64,000 nucleotides of DNA from Callorhinchus milii (Eukaryota). Position numbers and translations under genes: made by a program. Positions 12,216 through 26,556 of this stretch are shown here, piece by piece (position 1 is the first letter of the stretch; each line of letters starts with the position of its first letter). Under the pieces are notes generated by a model. It had not been told where the DNA came from, did no database searches, and worked only from the letters and a program-made list of their open reading frames with translations. The DNA lies in assembly GCF_018977255.1 (NCBI RefSeq), contig NW_024704743.1, positions 28,460,001-28,524,000 of the forward strand, in the 5' to 3' direction.

Positions 12216-14225
12216 TATATCAAGTTGTGACTGGCATGTAGACCCACACCAGCCCTGAGTACAATATAATAGTTTGGGGCTTCCTTGAACCAGCGATTAT
12301 AATCTGAGTGGGTGGAATGCAATTGTCCATTTTCTCCTCTTGTGAAGGGTAGAAATATTATCTCTGTTCTATTTGTGTAATTAATATCTATAATGCAATT
12401 TTCTTAGGTAGAGTATATGCTATATCTGCACCACAATTCCAGGAGGGGAAAAAGCTTTAATTCTTCACCTTCTACTTCCAATACCTTAGGATTTCCTTGA
12501 ATCCACTCTGAAATTCTATCAAGCTGAACTCGCAGCAGTTGATTTTTGCAATGAGTCAGATGAAATCAGACAGCAGATCAACGCTTGGGCAGAGGCACAG
12601 ACTGAGGGTAAGCAACTCTGAAATATTTAGGTAATACAAACAATATATGAATGGCTCACTTTCCCATCAGCGAGCAATCTAATGCATTTGTGTCACACAA
12701 TCAGTCATTCACTGGCCAAATGTATCAAGCTATTGTGCCAATATTCCTAGGCATTGGCACCAGACAATCAAGCCCAGATAAAATAGAGTCAGGCACATTT
12801 CATTACGTTTTCTTTTAAGAAAACTTTTATGATAGGAATTCAAAATGGAAGAGAGAAAACACCCTTCTCCTTACAGTAGCAACAACAACAAATTTACATT
12901 GATATAGCACCGCTCATGTCAGGAGGACAACAACAAAATTGCATTAGTATAGAGCCTTTGACGTCTGGAGGATGTCCCAAAGTGCTTCACAGATTTATAG
13001 AGAGCTGGGCAGAATGGGTAAAATTTCCACCACCAATGGTGGAGTAGATAGGGATGGATAGAGCGGGGGACATTAAAGCAAGTCAGCCTTAACTAAGCGA
13101 AGGGAGCTGTTGGGTTGGTAGGTAGAGTTGATGGAGGTCGCAGAGGAATGGTAGTTGGAGGGAAACTTTGGAGGGATTTAAGAGCAAGGACAGGGATCTT
13201 GATTTTGGTCAGCTGGGGAATAGGAAGCGAGTGAGCCGAGATAGGATGGATGGGATAGACTTCCACAGCCTGGTGTAGAGAAGTACATGAGCTGCAGTAT
13301 TCCATATTGTATGCATAGAAGGAGCTGGGGAGATCCGTGAATATTCCAGCCTAGACATGATGAATATGCAAATAAGGAATGTACATAGGTCTTTAAAAAT
13401 GGGAAGAGAAGAAAATCACCCCAGCCTTGTGAGCAACTTGTGAGGGAATGTCACCTGACATCACTGCTTCAACCCACAGACAAAAATGTGAATAATAATA
13501 ATCCTTGCATTTGATATAGCACCTTGTCATGTCGTTAAGACATCTCAAAGCGTTTCACATTAATGTAAAGTGTAGTGACTGTGTACTTTGTGGGTGAATG
13601 CTTGTAAGTTACTACTAAAAGAGCTAATATACTACACACCTTCTGGAGAGGATATTTAAAGCTGTCAATCATAAATGATGTAACTGAATGTGCTTGATTC
13701 CACTTCATCGTTTTATGTTCTGTATTCCATGGATTCTGATTCTTGTGTTTTTTTAAACATGCCCACGGATAAGATCAAGGACTTGTTGGCCCCAAATGCT
13801 ATTGGCAGTCTCACAAAGCTTGTCCTCGTCAATGCCATTTATTTTAAAGGCAACTGGGAGAGGAAGTTTGAAGCTGAAAGCACCCATGAGCGACCTTTCA
13901 AAATCAGCAAGATAAATTGTAAGATGTAATGCTTGGAGATGTATGAATAATCTAGTTGTATGCTTTTTGAAGCCTTCTATAGCGCACTGGCCTACATTGA
14001 AGACACAATACAAACTGCTCATATGTATGAATTTAGGCAAGCTCAATTTTCTTTGCTTCCCTTCCCCAGCCGACTAGTAATTGGGATCAGTGTTGTTCTT
14101 TTTATTATTGAAGTTAGGGCTTGTGACGTGGTGGTTACCTGTCCATAGTAAAGCTAAAGCCTAACTTCTATAGATTTATATTTCACAGTTCTGGCTTGTA
14201 TTTTAACTTTGTACAATTTAGAATA

Positions 14226-15215
14226 CAGTAGAAACCCGGTTTGCAATCACCTCGGTAATCCAGCCACCTCACAATTATGGGCACATTTTCACAGTCTCTG
14301 TCATGGTCTATATTAAAAGATTGGCCGTCTGCTTCAATGAACCGGGCACCTCACTGTACAGGACAACGGTCATCGATTGCAGTCTGCGGCAATAGAAAAG
14401 CGCGGCAGCTACAAGTGCCCTCCTCCACTACAGACACAGAACAAACACTCCCCTTCACTACTAACTTGTACACAGTGCAGGAGTCTCGTGCTGTTTGCTC
14501 GTCGCTGCTCCTGTGGGTGGAGTGGGCTCTGGTTTCTCATGCTCAACACGGGGACTGTTGGGATCGTGGAAGTCATGCAAGCGAGATATGGACTTGGCCC
14601 AGCGCCCCCGGCCTAACCTGAGCTCCTGCGGCCAATCCTTGGTAAGTGCTGTAAACATGTCCTTACATGAGAGAGTGGACTTGATCAAAAATAGTGAGGA
14701 CAAAAGTCATAGACAGTTAGTTGTGATCTATGACATTGGCAGAACACAAGTTGGTGCATTCTCAAAAGGAAGGCTGAATACATGACAGCATTTGAAGAAA
14801 ATTAACAGCCTAAGAGAAAACGTGTGTGTTTGTACTGTCAGTATAAAGACATTGATAAACTGACATAGGAGTGGTTCCAACATGCCCATGGTCTCAATAT
14901 GCCTGTATCTGGCCATAAGATACAGGAGAAAGCACAGAGCTTTGCAGCTTCTCTCGGCCAGACTGGCTTCATGGCATCAAATGACTGGCTTGGCCGTTTC
15001 AAGTCCAGCACAACATTGGGTGAAACAGGTGATGTTGAGTCTGCTATTGTTGACAACTGAAAGGAGAAACTCCCTGAGATTACATCTGGCTATGCACACA
15101 AGGACATCTTTAACATGAATGAATCTGATTGTTTTCAGGGCCTTCCCTGATAGAAGTCTTTCAGTTTGCGGTGATGGCAGCACAGGTGGGAAGAAGTCCA
15201 AAGACTGCATCACCC
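14226..15215 (+). mobile_element. Tigger/pogo-like DNA transposon remnant
   Basis: Starts TA|CAGTAGAAACCC. Transposase fragments SLHERVDLIK...SHRQL...YDIGRTQV (CENP-B-type HTH), ASNDWLGRFK and GYAHKDIFNMNES/RALPDRSL...GGKKSKDCITL. Confidence 0.8.
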
Positions 15216-15584
15216 TCTCTGATGGTTATTTTTGGTGCATATTCCTTTGATTACCTTATCAACCAACATCAACTGTATTGTGCTTCAAGAGAACTTCAAT
15301 GTCTTTGAGATCTGCAATGCTGTTCCTACCATGAACTGGAAACAGCCATCACCTGCAATGTTCCCAGCTTTGTATCAGCATTAGCTTTTGATGAACCTGT
15401 CTGATACAAATGAAACATTTTTGCCCTTTGTTACACAGTGTATCTTGTTACATTGCCAAATGCAGTCAGGCTGATATTTAAATTATTCTTTGTAAGTAAA
15501 GGACTCACCAAACAACTGCAACATACTTGTTTTTGTCAACGAAGATTAGTCAACACATGAGTGATCAGTCCTAGCACAGGTAAA

Positions 15585-17142
15585 CAACAACAGCAACAAG
15601 ATTACATTTGTATAGCGCCTTACACGTCGGGAGGATGTCCCATGGAGCTGGACAGTGTACAGCATCTCAGACCCGAGCTGGGGTCAGGGGGGAGAAGGGG
15701 GGTTAGGGGGATGACCGATGGCATGGTCGAAGAGGAGGATCTTGAGGCGGGACTTGAAGGAGGGGGTGAGGCAGAGTGACTGGGGGATGGAATTCCAGAG
15801 GTTGGGGGCAGAGTGGCTGATGGCTCTCCCGCCAGTGGTGGGGCGAGTGGGTCGGGGAATGTGGAGCAGTCCGGAGCCGGCTGAGCAGAGGGAGTAGGCG
15901 GTTTGGTAGGGAGTTAGGAGGTTGCAGAGATAGGGTGGGGTGAGGCCATGGAGGGCTTTGTAGGTGAGGACCAGGATCTTGAACTAGATTCTCTGAAGAA
16001 TAGGGAACCAATGGAGTCGGGTGAGTATGCGGGAGATGGGGTCGTGGAGTTTGGTGCGGGAGAGGACACGGGCTGCAGAGTTCTGGATTATCTGCAGCCT
16101 GTGGAGGGAGGAGTTGGGAAGGCCGACAAGCAGGGCATTTGCATAGTCGAGTCTGGAGGTGATGAAGGCATGAACAAGAGTTTCAGCGGTCTGAGGGGTG
16201 AGGTAGTGGTGGAGTCGGGCGATGTTATGGAGGTGAAGGAAGGCAGAGCGGGTCATGGCTGGATGTGGGGAAGAAAAGACAGTTGAGGGTCAATCAAGAC
16301 ACCCAGGTTCCTGACTGGCGGTGAGTTGAAGTGTGCAACCATGGAGGTTGATGCTGCTGAAGCCTGAGGTGCAGAGGCACTGGCGCGAGTCAATCAGGAG
16401 GGCCTCAGTCTTGTTCATATTCAACTGTAGGAAAGTTGCCCGCATCCAGGACTTGATGTCTGACAGGCAGTCTGTCAGGACAGCAGTGGTCCTGGAGTTG
16501 AGGGTGGAGGCAGAAAAATAGAGTTGGGTGTCATCCGCATACATATGGAAGTTGACCCCATATCTGCGGATGATGTCACCAAGGGGGAGCATGAAGATAT
16601 TAAAGAGGAGAGGGCCAAGGACAGAGACCTGGGGGATGCCAGACGTGACAGTGTGGGAGCTGGAGGAGAAACCGTTAGAGGCAACAGTGGAAACGGTGAG
16701 AGAGATAGGAATCGAACCAGGCAAGGGCAGATCTGTGAAGATTGAGTAAAGTGGAGAGGCGGTGTATGAGGATCGAGTGGTTGACAGTGTCGAAGGAGGC
16801 AGAGGGGTCGAGGAGGACAAGGAGACAAAGGGGACCCTGATCACAGATGTTCATAATGTCATGAGTGACTTTGACCAGGGCTGTTTCCGTGCTGTGGGCA
16901 GCGTGGAAGCCGGATTGGAGGGATTCAAAGAAGGAATGGCGAGAAAGAAAGGAACGGAGCTGGGACACGACGACTTGTTCCAGGACCTTGGAGAGGAATG
17001 GGAGGTTAGTGATGTGGCGGTAGCCGAAGAGGAGAGATAGGTCCAGGGAAGGTTTTTTGGGGATGGGGGTGATGACGGCTGTTTTTAGGGGGTTGGGAAC
17101 TGAACCGGTGGACAAGGAGAGGTTGATGACGTCAGACAAGAG
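15585..17142 (-). mobile_element. 5'-truncated L2 LINE inserted in a copy A intron
   Basis: ORFs 16675-17139, 16290-16844 and 15984-16256 carry [43 protein letters not shown] and HAFITSRLDYAN. (TTG)n tail. Absent from the inverted paralogous intron at about 55735. Confidence 0.93.
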
Positions 17143-20100
17143 GAGGACTTTCTCTTTTCCTTCCCACTATGACTTTCGTCACATCTTTACAGCTGACTTT
17201 CCGCTCTCAAATGCTTACTTTCACACACGTTCCTGCTCACTCACTTTACCTTGTCTCTTCCACCACATTCATTGCAGTTCAAGCAGTGCGGCCTTGGAAT
17301 GATGTCTCAACAACAACAACTTGCACTTATATAGCGCCCTCCGCGCAGGGTAGGGTCTCAGAGCGCAATCCTTACGTTTTTTCACTTTGGTCTACTCCCC
17401 TCCCTGTTGTGATGCCTTCTGGGTAGTGTAGGATACAGTGTCTGGGACTTGATGCTCTCCTGCAGATAGTTTGTGGTCCCCAGAGAGGCAACAAGGACGA
17501 CTTAATCCTGACACTTGCTTGATGCTCCTCCTGGCTCACTGCAGGGATAGGTGAGAGACCGGGGCCTGGTGTTGGTGTGGGTAAATACTATATTATTCTC
17601 AGATTTACACAGGGTTCAGGACCTAAACCACGACACGATGTCTGTGACCCTCATACAGTTATACAGTATATAATAGTCATTATTCTAAGACTCTGGGTTA
17701 CACAGCACAAATGTCATTCTTTCTGCCCCTCTCCATAAAAGCCCCTGTGATGCACTTCTGCAGGCAGCTTCATTTGATGTTTTTTCTCGGAAGTTCTGTA
17801 AGCGTAATGTTTCAAACAGGTCCAGATGCTTACGAAGTACATAAAGTTCCTTAATTTATACGCTTTGACCCTAATTTTGTAGAGTGTCTGACTGCAAAAG
17901 CACTCCGGAGCAACACAAAATAAATAATAATAATCCTTGTGTTTGATATAGTGCCTTATCCTTTTGCTGAGATGTCTCAAAGCGCTTAATACAGGATTAG
18001 GGCTGAGAATTGACTAAGATTATATTTTCCTTTGATATGACACTGAATATTTTCTGTACCTTTAAAATAATTTTGAAAGTCACTGTTTCCTACATAATCT
18101 TGCAAAGTTAAAGAAATTCAATATAAGAAATAGAACAAAATTTAATTATCAGAGGGAAATAATACCCAAGCTGAAAGGGGAAGAAAAATTGTGTGGTTTC
18201 TCTTTCATCTAGCTTTCTCCCAAGAAGTTAACGATATGTCTTAGGAAATACAAAAAATACACATTACCATGCAAAATGCAAGTCAAGCCACTTATATTTC
18301 CTGGGAAGTGCTGTGAGATTTCTCAACAATGTGGTAAGGCATCAAATTAAAAGATGACAATATTTCTCCTCACCCACATGACAGTTGCCGTATTGACTGC
18401 TACAGTTTGTGTCATTTGCTAAAATTTCCGATGACTTGTACGAGTGCTCTTTTTAGAATGTTCCTGTCGTTAATAAGTCATAAAATTTGTGGATCTCGCT
18501 GTCTGAAGTGTTTATTGAGTCAGAGAGTATAGAAGCATTCAAGAGGAAGCTAGATATTACACATGAGGGAGAAGGGAATAGAAGGGTGTGGAAGGGAGTA
18601 AGAAGTGGATGGAGACTCATGTGGAGCATAAACACCGTCATGAACTAGTTAGACCAAATGATCTGTTTCCATACTGTACATTCCATGTAAATTGCAATAT
18701 TCCAACCCATAGGAACTTTGCTCTGATGAGAGCTACTTGAGAGTGGAGTTTCCACTGCAAGATCATGTTCATTTGGTTACTGGGAAGAAATGTTAAGTGT
18801 AATTTGTAGTTGGAATTTCTGAATTCAATTACGAATCACAGCAATTCAGATCCATTTTCTATCTCAAAAAATTAAATGATACCTTAGTTTTCCAGCTACT
18901 TAAATGTTTGGAGCCTTACTCTGTGAAGAACAATTCACACCTGATGCAAGCAGTCAGCTTGCCCAATGAATTTCCCCATAAATCGTTTCCTGTGTTCTCT
19001 GCAGGTTAATTTAGAATCGCTGATAGTTTTGTCTCCTGTTTGCAGAATGAAACCAAGCCAGTCCAAATGATGCACCAGACGGACAAGTTTAAAACCACTT
19101 ACATTCATGCAGTTGAGCTCGCTATGTTCAGAAAGAACTGAGTATGATCATCATGTTGCCAGATCTAAAAGATGATGCAAGTGGACTGGAAAAAGTAAGT
19201 TGAAGTTTTTTGAAATAATCCCACTGTTAAATGGATTCATTTTGGGAAAATAAATACAGTCTTGACCAAAAAATAATAAATTCAAACGCCAGTCCTGTTA
19301 TCTGTTTCACCCCAATGAAATCCTATCTATCTTGTTTCCCTACTCTATATCCTTAACCTATGTTTAAAATAAAGGTTATAAATATCTTTTTAAATACTGT
19401 TATGTTCTTTGCTTCAATATCTTATTATGTGAGACCATTAGATTCCTTTCTCAGCTTCAGAGGAAACAGTCCCATCTTTTTATGTCTCACCACAAAACTA
19501 CAAACTATATCCTTTCAATCTTGTGCTTCTCCTCTATTGCTTCTGTAAAATGTGGTGCCAAAAGCTACATGGAATGCTTGCAACAGTGTCCTAACTTTTA
19601 GCTGATGTTTCAGCCAATAATAAGCTGTTTTAACCCCTTTTCCCCCTTTTTTAAGCTCAAAACGGCCTGATAAGCTGTTAGACTGTACCAATCCATACAA
19701 AATGGATAATGATGAGATTGTAATGCTCCCTAAATTTAAGATGGAGAACACCTATGGCTTCACCTCAACACTTGGTGGTATGAGAATGGTTGATGTTTTT
19801 GATGTTTCGAAAGCAAATTTCTTGGGAATGACTGAGAAAAATGACCTGAATTTGTCAAAAGTTGTTCACAAAACCTTTGCTGATGTTAACGAAGAAGGTA
19901 CAGAAGCAGCAGCTGCCACAGCAGTTACTATGAGGTTAATGTGTCTAATGATTACAATGGAATTTGTGGCTGACCATCCATTCCTGTTTTTCATCAGCCA
20001 CAACAAAACTCACAACATCCTGTTCTTTGGGAGATTCTCCTCTCCTTAAACACAATGCAAAAAAGCACTAATACAAGCATTAGTTAATAGCTTCACTCTC

Positions 20101-20386
20101 TCGCTTCTTGAAAAATCCTTTTTTTGCACCATTCATACGCTGTTAGAGGGATTTGTAACAAACTTTTGTGTCAGCTCACAACTCTGCTTAAATCGTAAAT
20201 GCCAGCATGTTATGTATTACAACTCTGACTTAATTTCGGGTGTTGTCAAAATATATCATAGAACTATATAGCGCAGAAGGAGGCCATTCGGCCCATCATG
20301 TTTTTGCCAGTGCTTAGCTTCATAGAATCATACAGCACGGAAGGAGGCCATTTGCCCTATTGTGACTTTGAAAAGAGCTATCCAAT

Positions 20387-20825
20387 TCAATCCCATCCCC
20401 TTCCCCGCCCCACCCCCCACCCACTCGTAAACTTGTCATTTGCCAAATAATCATCTACTTCTCTCTTAAAAGTTGTTTTCGAATTGGCTTCCACCACCCT
20501 TTCAGTCAATGCATTCCAGATCAGAACAACTCGCTGTGTGAAAAAATGCCACCTCACATCCTCTCTGTTTCTTCTAACAACTATTTTAAATCGGTGTCCT
20601 CGGGTTACCAACCCACCTGCCAGTGGAAATATTTTCTCCTTGTTCACCCTATTGAATCCACTCATAATTTTGAAAACTTCTATTAAGTCTCCCCTTAATC
20701 TCTCCTCCAAGGAGAATAATCCCAGTTTCTCTAGCTTCTCCTCATAACTGAAGTCTCTCATTCCTGGTACTATCCTGGTAAATCTCCTTTGCACCCTCTC
20801 CAAAGCCTTGACATCCTTCCTAAAG
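20387..20825 (-). mobile_element. CR1 LINE 3' fragment
   Basis: ERVQRRFTRIVPGMRDFSYEEKLEKLGLFSLEERLRGDLIEVFKIM...FFTQRVVLIWNAL. Confidence 0.92.
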
Positions 20826-21039
20826 AGATTGATAGATTTCTAAAGGATAGAGGGATTAAGGAATATGGGGATATGGTGGGTAAATGGAATTAGGTTAGAA
20901 TATCAGCCATGATCTTATTAATTGGCGGGGCAGGCTCGACGGGCCGAATGGCCTAATCCTGCTTCTACGTCTTATGATCTTATGGTCTAAAATGTAATGT
21001 GCAGAACTGAACATCGTACTCTAGCTGAGGCATAACCAG

Positions 21040-21665
21040 CCCCACCGGCTCTCCTCCCACCTCAAACTCCAAGGTTCTGTCCTTGACTGGTTCAGGTCCT
21101 ACATTTCACACAGCGTCCACTTCGTCTCGGCAAACGACTTCTCCTCCAGCCCCCGCACTGACTCGTGCGGCGTTTTTCAGGGCTCTGTCCTCGGTCCCCT
21201 CCTCTTCACCCTCTACATGCTCCCCCTTGATAACATCATCCGCAGACACAGGGTAAATTTCCACATGTAGGCGGATGATACCAAACTCTGCTTCCACCCT
21301 CAAGTATCATCTGCAAACTTGGCAATTGTACTCCCTATACCCAAGTCCAGTTCATTTATATAGATCAATAAACAGTAGTTGTCCCAGTAGTGACCCCTGA
21401 GGGACACCACTGTACACTTCCCTCCAGTCAGAAAAACAACTGTTTGCCACCACTCTCTGCTTCCTGTCTCCCAGCCAGTTCTGTATCCAGGCTGCCACTG
21501 TCCCTTTAATACCATGGGCTTCTATTTTGCTTACATGTCTCTTATGTGGCACTTTATCAAACGCCTTTGAAAATCCATATAAACTACATCAACTGCACTA
21601 CCTTCATCCACCCTCTCCGTTACTTCATCAAAAAACTCTATCAGGTTTGTTAGACATGATTTGCC
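21040..21665. mobile_element. Adjacent L2 fragment (+, about 21040-21300) and CR1 RT fragment (-, about 21301-21665)
   Basis: L2: [17 protein letters not shown]1: WIQNWLGDRKQRV...GVPQGSLLG and AKFADDT. Confidence 0.85.
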
Positions 21666-21936
21666 TGGCCCTTGTGTCCATTAAATATTTTAAAGTTATT
21701 TCGAGAAATGCGTAAAGTCAACTTACTACTTCATCCAGAAGTCAGCACTTCCATCAATGCAGCACTCTTCAGCACAAGAGTTTCAGCCTAGACATTCAGT
21801 GCAAGTCTTGATGTGTCGCTTGACCTGCAACCTTCTGATCTACAACTTTCTCACCCACAGGTGAAAGTGCTACCGACTCAGCTAAGATATTTCAGAAACT
21901 ATTTTGATTGAAAAATGACTGATGTTATATTACATA

Positions 21937-22232
21937 ATAATGATAATAGTCCTTGCATATGACATAGCGCCTTATCTTGTTGATGAGACGTCTCAAAGGA
22001 TTTCCCAGATTATATTGTAAAGTGAATTGAATGTATAAGTCAATTTTGTTTTTGAAGAATTTATTATCGCCGGAAAAGCAATCCATTAATTGACTTATGA
22101 TGGGGTTACTACTTACTGCTAGGTAAACAGAAGCATGTGAAGTAAGGAAACTTGCTCAACATTTCGCCCTGCCTGGAATCAACCCAGGTCTCTCATTTGC
22201 GAGGTGATTGCTCTAACCACTGAACTACAGGA
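21937..22232 (-). mobile_element. tRNA-derived SINE (diverged)
   Basis: Same head and tail motifs as the other copies. Confidence 0.8.
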
Positions 22233-23482
22233 TGTTCAATACAATCAAACTCTGCTATAGATAAAAAAAATTGCATAGATTTCAAAGACAGAATCATGCA
22301 GACTTGTACACAAAGGGATATTTCACCAACACATTAACACCAAAAATGATTCTACACTGAAAATCTGATTAAGAGAGAATTCACGCTGTTATCTAACAAT
22401 ATTACCTAATACTATTCCAAGCTTCATTTGTTAGTTAATGGACAAAGATATGAGTGGAACTAAGCCACGTCACATTACCCTTTCTGTTTCACTGTGTAGC
22501 AACACATTTTCTGTTGACCTTTAGTGTTGTTTGCATGTAATGCTCTTAATGTTACAAAATACAATGGCATAATATTTACTATTACGTGATCCAGATATGA
22601 GAGTATGTTGAGAAATTTTGGACACAAATCATTAAAACTGTTGGCACAAATATGTCTGCATACATTTCTGCAGATTCAGCAAACTCATGAAAATTATATA
22701 CTAAAAGTATACAGATTGTGTTTGTTTGTAAATCTCCGTATGTTCCCCAGATGTTGTAAATTTCACTTTGTCTTAGCCAAGGATGCTATTTTGCCTTATC
22801 ATTTAATATGGCTCAGAATCAGTTTAGAAGTCAAATTACCTCAGTTTTTAAAACAAACCAACTTCCAAACGAAAACAAAACTGAAGATGTTCCACAATTC
22901 TGCACAATCTTAAATTTCAAGACAAAATGGTCTTATAGGCTAAGACGAGATGGAAGTTCCGGCCTCTGATGGCTCCATCGCTACTTTTCATCAATTTGCA
23001 ATCATATTTTAATCATAGCACCTTGACATTGCCAACATGATACAGAGTGAATGCACTTCACAAGAAATCCCATGAATTGCTGTGATTCGCGCTCCCAACA
23101 TTGAAAGGCGCTATAACAAATGCAAAAAAATCACATTATAAATTAGCTGTATTCCAGAAATGTATTTCTATTGTGTTGCTGTTAACAGAACAATTGTAAC
23201 AAACTAGTTGATTTGTCCACGATACACCAGCATGCTTCCCTTGTAGCACTTGGCATTCTTGGCATTTCAAAGATTCAAATAGGAGTGGAGCCCCATTATA
23301 ACACAGTTGTCCAGATCCATCAAATACCAACTCACACTATAATGAGGTTTGTTATCTGCTTGTTATTGCAAGTGACTTCATGTTTACGAGCTGCTAGTGA
23401 CCTCAGAACCATGTTGTGTAACTATTATTTAGTGTGATAAGGGAGTTTTTTTGCCTCATTGGGAGTGTAATGTTTCTTGCAG

Positions 23483-24689
23483 GTGTGTCTTGACATAGAA
23501 TTATTTGTTTTAATAATGTTTATTATGAGAGTTGTTTCAATCCATATTGCATTTTCCTGTTGCTTTTAAATAATTTGACATTTGATCATTGTGTGCTTCT
23601 TGACTTCCTGATTTCCACTGAAACCTGCTTTTTGGAGTACTTTGTCCGATACCTGAGGCTTCTTTGAGAGGAATGGCAATGTTTCCTTTGCATTTGCTGT
23701 CAGTTTGATGAAGCTGAACTAATTCATCCAGCTGTAGCTAATGAAGACAGTAAACATAGTGATGGAGAAAAACAATGGAAAACTATCCCTGGCACTGAAG
23801 GCAATAATAATAATAATAATAATCCTTGCATTTGATATAGTGCTTTTCACGTCTTCTAGACATCCCAAAGCGCTTCACAGAATATACTGTAATGTGAATT
23901 GTCTGTATGTTTGTGGGCGAAAGCGGCAGCCAATTGTGCACAGCAATGTCCTACAAACAGTCGTAGCTTGAAAATGACCAATTTATTATTGTTTTTGGTT
24001 TTGGAGGGATTATTATTAGGCTCTGTGTGGAGTAAGGAAACTTGCCCAAGGTTTCGCCCTCTGCCTGGAATTGAACTCAAGTCTCTCGCTTGCAAAGCGA
24101 GTGCTCTAACCACTGAGCTACAGGACTCCGAAAGGGATATCCATGGGAACATGTGCCACAGGCAGTTCTCAACCTCTCAGCGTGTCACTTTTTAACACCT
24201 GAGGAAGAACAAAGAAAGGACAAAGTTACCGTACACAGTAGCAAATGTGGAATTTTGATAAATAGTAGTAAGTTCTGCCTGGGTGGCCAGTCTCAAATTC
24301 TAGTAGATTATGCAAACTCAGAAGATTCTGACTCTGAATCAGTAGAAGTGCCGGAGTTTAATATTCACAGCCAGGAAGCCAATCCAGTTAATAATAATAA
24401 GATAACTAAACTAGCTAGTGTCAATACAATACAAGATTCAGAAAAAAATGAAATGTAATCTTGATGTAAGAGATCCTGGAAATTTAAGTTTGCATTATTG
24501 TGGTGAAAAGGATGCAAATATTTATGTATTCTTGGGGCAGTGTTTAACAAATCAGTTACGTGTTTGATTGAATTGAAGAAAACTATTGCCAGGTTACAGG
24601 GAAGAAATCTTTTTCCTTATAATGCAATAGCATTGCTAAGACTACTGTTTCAAATTGAAACACTTAGCGGTATTACACTACATGAATAA
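23483..24689 (+). pseudogene. LINS1: Decayed terminal exon of a Lines homolog (LINS1-like), interrupted by a SINE
   Basis: After acceptor tttcttgcag: FNPYCIFLLLLNNLTFDHCVLLDFLISTETCFLEYFVRYLRLL*EEW, then ILVDYANSEDSDSES, then C-terminal CLIELKKTIARLQGRNLFPYNAIALLRLL. These match Lines family motifs. In-frame TGA at 23491 and about 23666, plus a SINE insertion. Confidence 0.85.
23803..24129 (-). mobile_element. tRNA-derived SINE, full length, inside the LINS1-like exon
   Basis: GGAGTCCTGTAGCTCAGTGGTTAGAGCACTCGCTTTGCAAGCGAG head on minus; (ATT)n tail. Confidence 0.92.
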
Positions 24690-24849
24690 ATCCGAATAAT
24701 TGTGTCAATAGTGGAACTGTTGGCTCCATAATCATATGACTGACTCACTGTGTAAAAAAATCCAGTGTTAATTTTTTTCCCTCTTTGATAATGTGAGTTT
24801 TTACTAGTAATAGTAATATTATTAATAATAACAATAATAATGATAATAA

Positions 24850-25045
24850 TCCCTCAAGAAAAAAACCAATAATAAATTGGTGACTTCAATCCATGACTGT
24901 TTGTGGGACACTGCTGTGTGAAATTGGCTGCCGTGTTTCGCCCACAAATATACAGTCAATTCACTTTACAGTATATTCTGTGAAGTACTTTGTGACATCT
25001 AGAATACGTGAAAAGCGCTATATCAAATGCAAGGATAATAATAAA
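24850..25045 (+). mobile_element. Headless SINE body and tail (further tail fragments at about 25410-25508, 33445-33617, 40380-40610 and, on minus, 56300-56478)
   Basis: Conserved body GTTTGTGGGACACTGCTGTG...AATTGGCTGCC...CAGTCAATTCACTTTACAG and tail. Confidence 0.8.
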
Positions 25046-26556
25046 AATAATAATAATTAATCAGTCTTGTTTTGTCACTATGGTTAAAAAGCAATGATAA
25101 AGGATTGAAAATCTTAGGCAAACTTTACCAAGCTTGTGACTTTTCAGAGGTCAACTTTTATCTCCAATTGGGTGGAGAATGTTGTTCATCACATGCTTTT
25201 CCGTATTGAAATGATTTGCATAAGGGTAATCAGAATCTGCAAAATTGTAGAGTTTTTGTCTAACTGTGATGTATGTTATGGGTTAGTCGGTGCAACTTTG
25301 GATACATTTTTATGAGAAAATGATACTACGTATGCCTTAACAATTTCAGTTTTGTATTAAGTTTGTGTAGTTTGTGGGTTTAATAACTATTGGATAAGCC
25401 TTTGAATTATCAGTCAATTCACTTCACAGTATATTCTGTGAAGTGCTTTGCGACGTCCAGAAGACATGAAAAGCGCTATATCAAGCGCAAGGGTTATTAT
25501 TATTATTAAATTGGTTAAGAACTAAGAAATGTGTTTATTACACCTGTTGTTTTCTCGTTAATTTTTGATGCAACTGCAACGTGTTAAACAAAATCATCTC
25601 ATGGGTAATGAACCCGAATTTGCTCAAAGCAGCCTGTGAAACATTGCACACTAACTTGAACAACAAGGAGTGCATTGTATAAGCTGAATAAACATTCAAT
25701 TTTTGCCTGAATGTATTCATTTGTGACTCAGTTGCCCACTCATATCAGAGATGTGCAAACGTGCTCTAAACAGAATAAATTTGTCATTTTGGATTCATAG
25801 GTTTGATTCCTGGTATTCCTGTTATATACCTTGTTATTGAATGCTTGTAAAAACATTACCATAGAAACTGTTTGCATATGGAAAATGTGTCCATTGAATT
25901 CAGCCTTATCTTTGCAGTTGGTTTTTGGCAGTTCTTAAAACAACAATTATAGGTTTATAGCAAAACTGATTGAATTACCTCCAACCCTTCAATTGTTATC
26001 AATTGCTTGTGAAAAAAAGTTACAGAAGACCCAATTTGCATGTGGAAGGTGTGCCCACATGATTCAACATGAATGTTGCCTCATCACTGTGTGTGGAAAC
26101 CCAACTTTAGCACCAAACGTCAAGATACACAACTTAAAAGAAGTGAGATGGGTTTCTCCCCAATAAAGCTCATCTCTACCAATTATGACAGAAAATAAAA
26201 AACAGTGTATACACACACTGCAAAAAAGAAAGATGAGACATCCCAATGTGTATAATGTTATATAAATGTATTTGTTGTTGTCCCAGTTTTGACAGTCTTT
26301 ACTTGCAACTTGTCATAAACAATACACATTTTAAAGAGGAGCCATATGCAAGGAACGTGTTTGCTTACAAACAGCAAAAGATTTACATAGGGCAACAATC
26401 CCCCAAATGAAAAAAATGGTTATTTACTGCATGTCTGTTTGTGGGACTTTGCTGTGTGGAAATTGTCTGCTGCATTTGCCCACGAAACACACAGGTCACT
26501 ACGATTTACAATATAACCTGGGAAAATCTTTGGGACACCTTTCTGCGTGAAAGGTA

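Larger units (their letters stand above)
6841..20049 (+). pseudogene. Serpin B1/B6-like pseudogene (copy A)
   Basis: First two coding exons absent (homology to copy B breaks at about 7417 and resumes at about 11800). Exon 12490-12607 intact. Exon 13769-13911 has acceptor CAG>CGG and donor GT>AT. Exon 19046-19194 is 149 nt versus 165 (15-nt plus 1-nt deletions). Last exon 19656-20049 has deletions near its start. [23 protein letters not shown]. Confidence 0.9.

Noticed and set aside
13690..13929. Stand-alone 79-aa serpin ORF
   Set aside because: It is a pseudo-exon with destroyed splice sites read through flanking intron.
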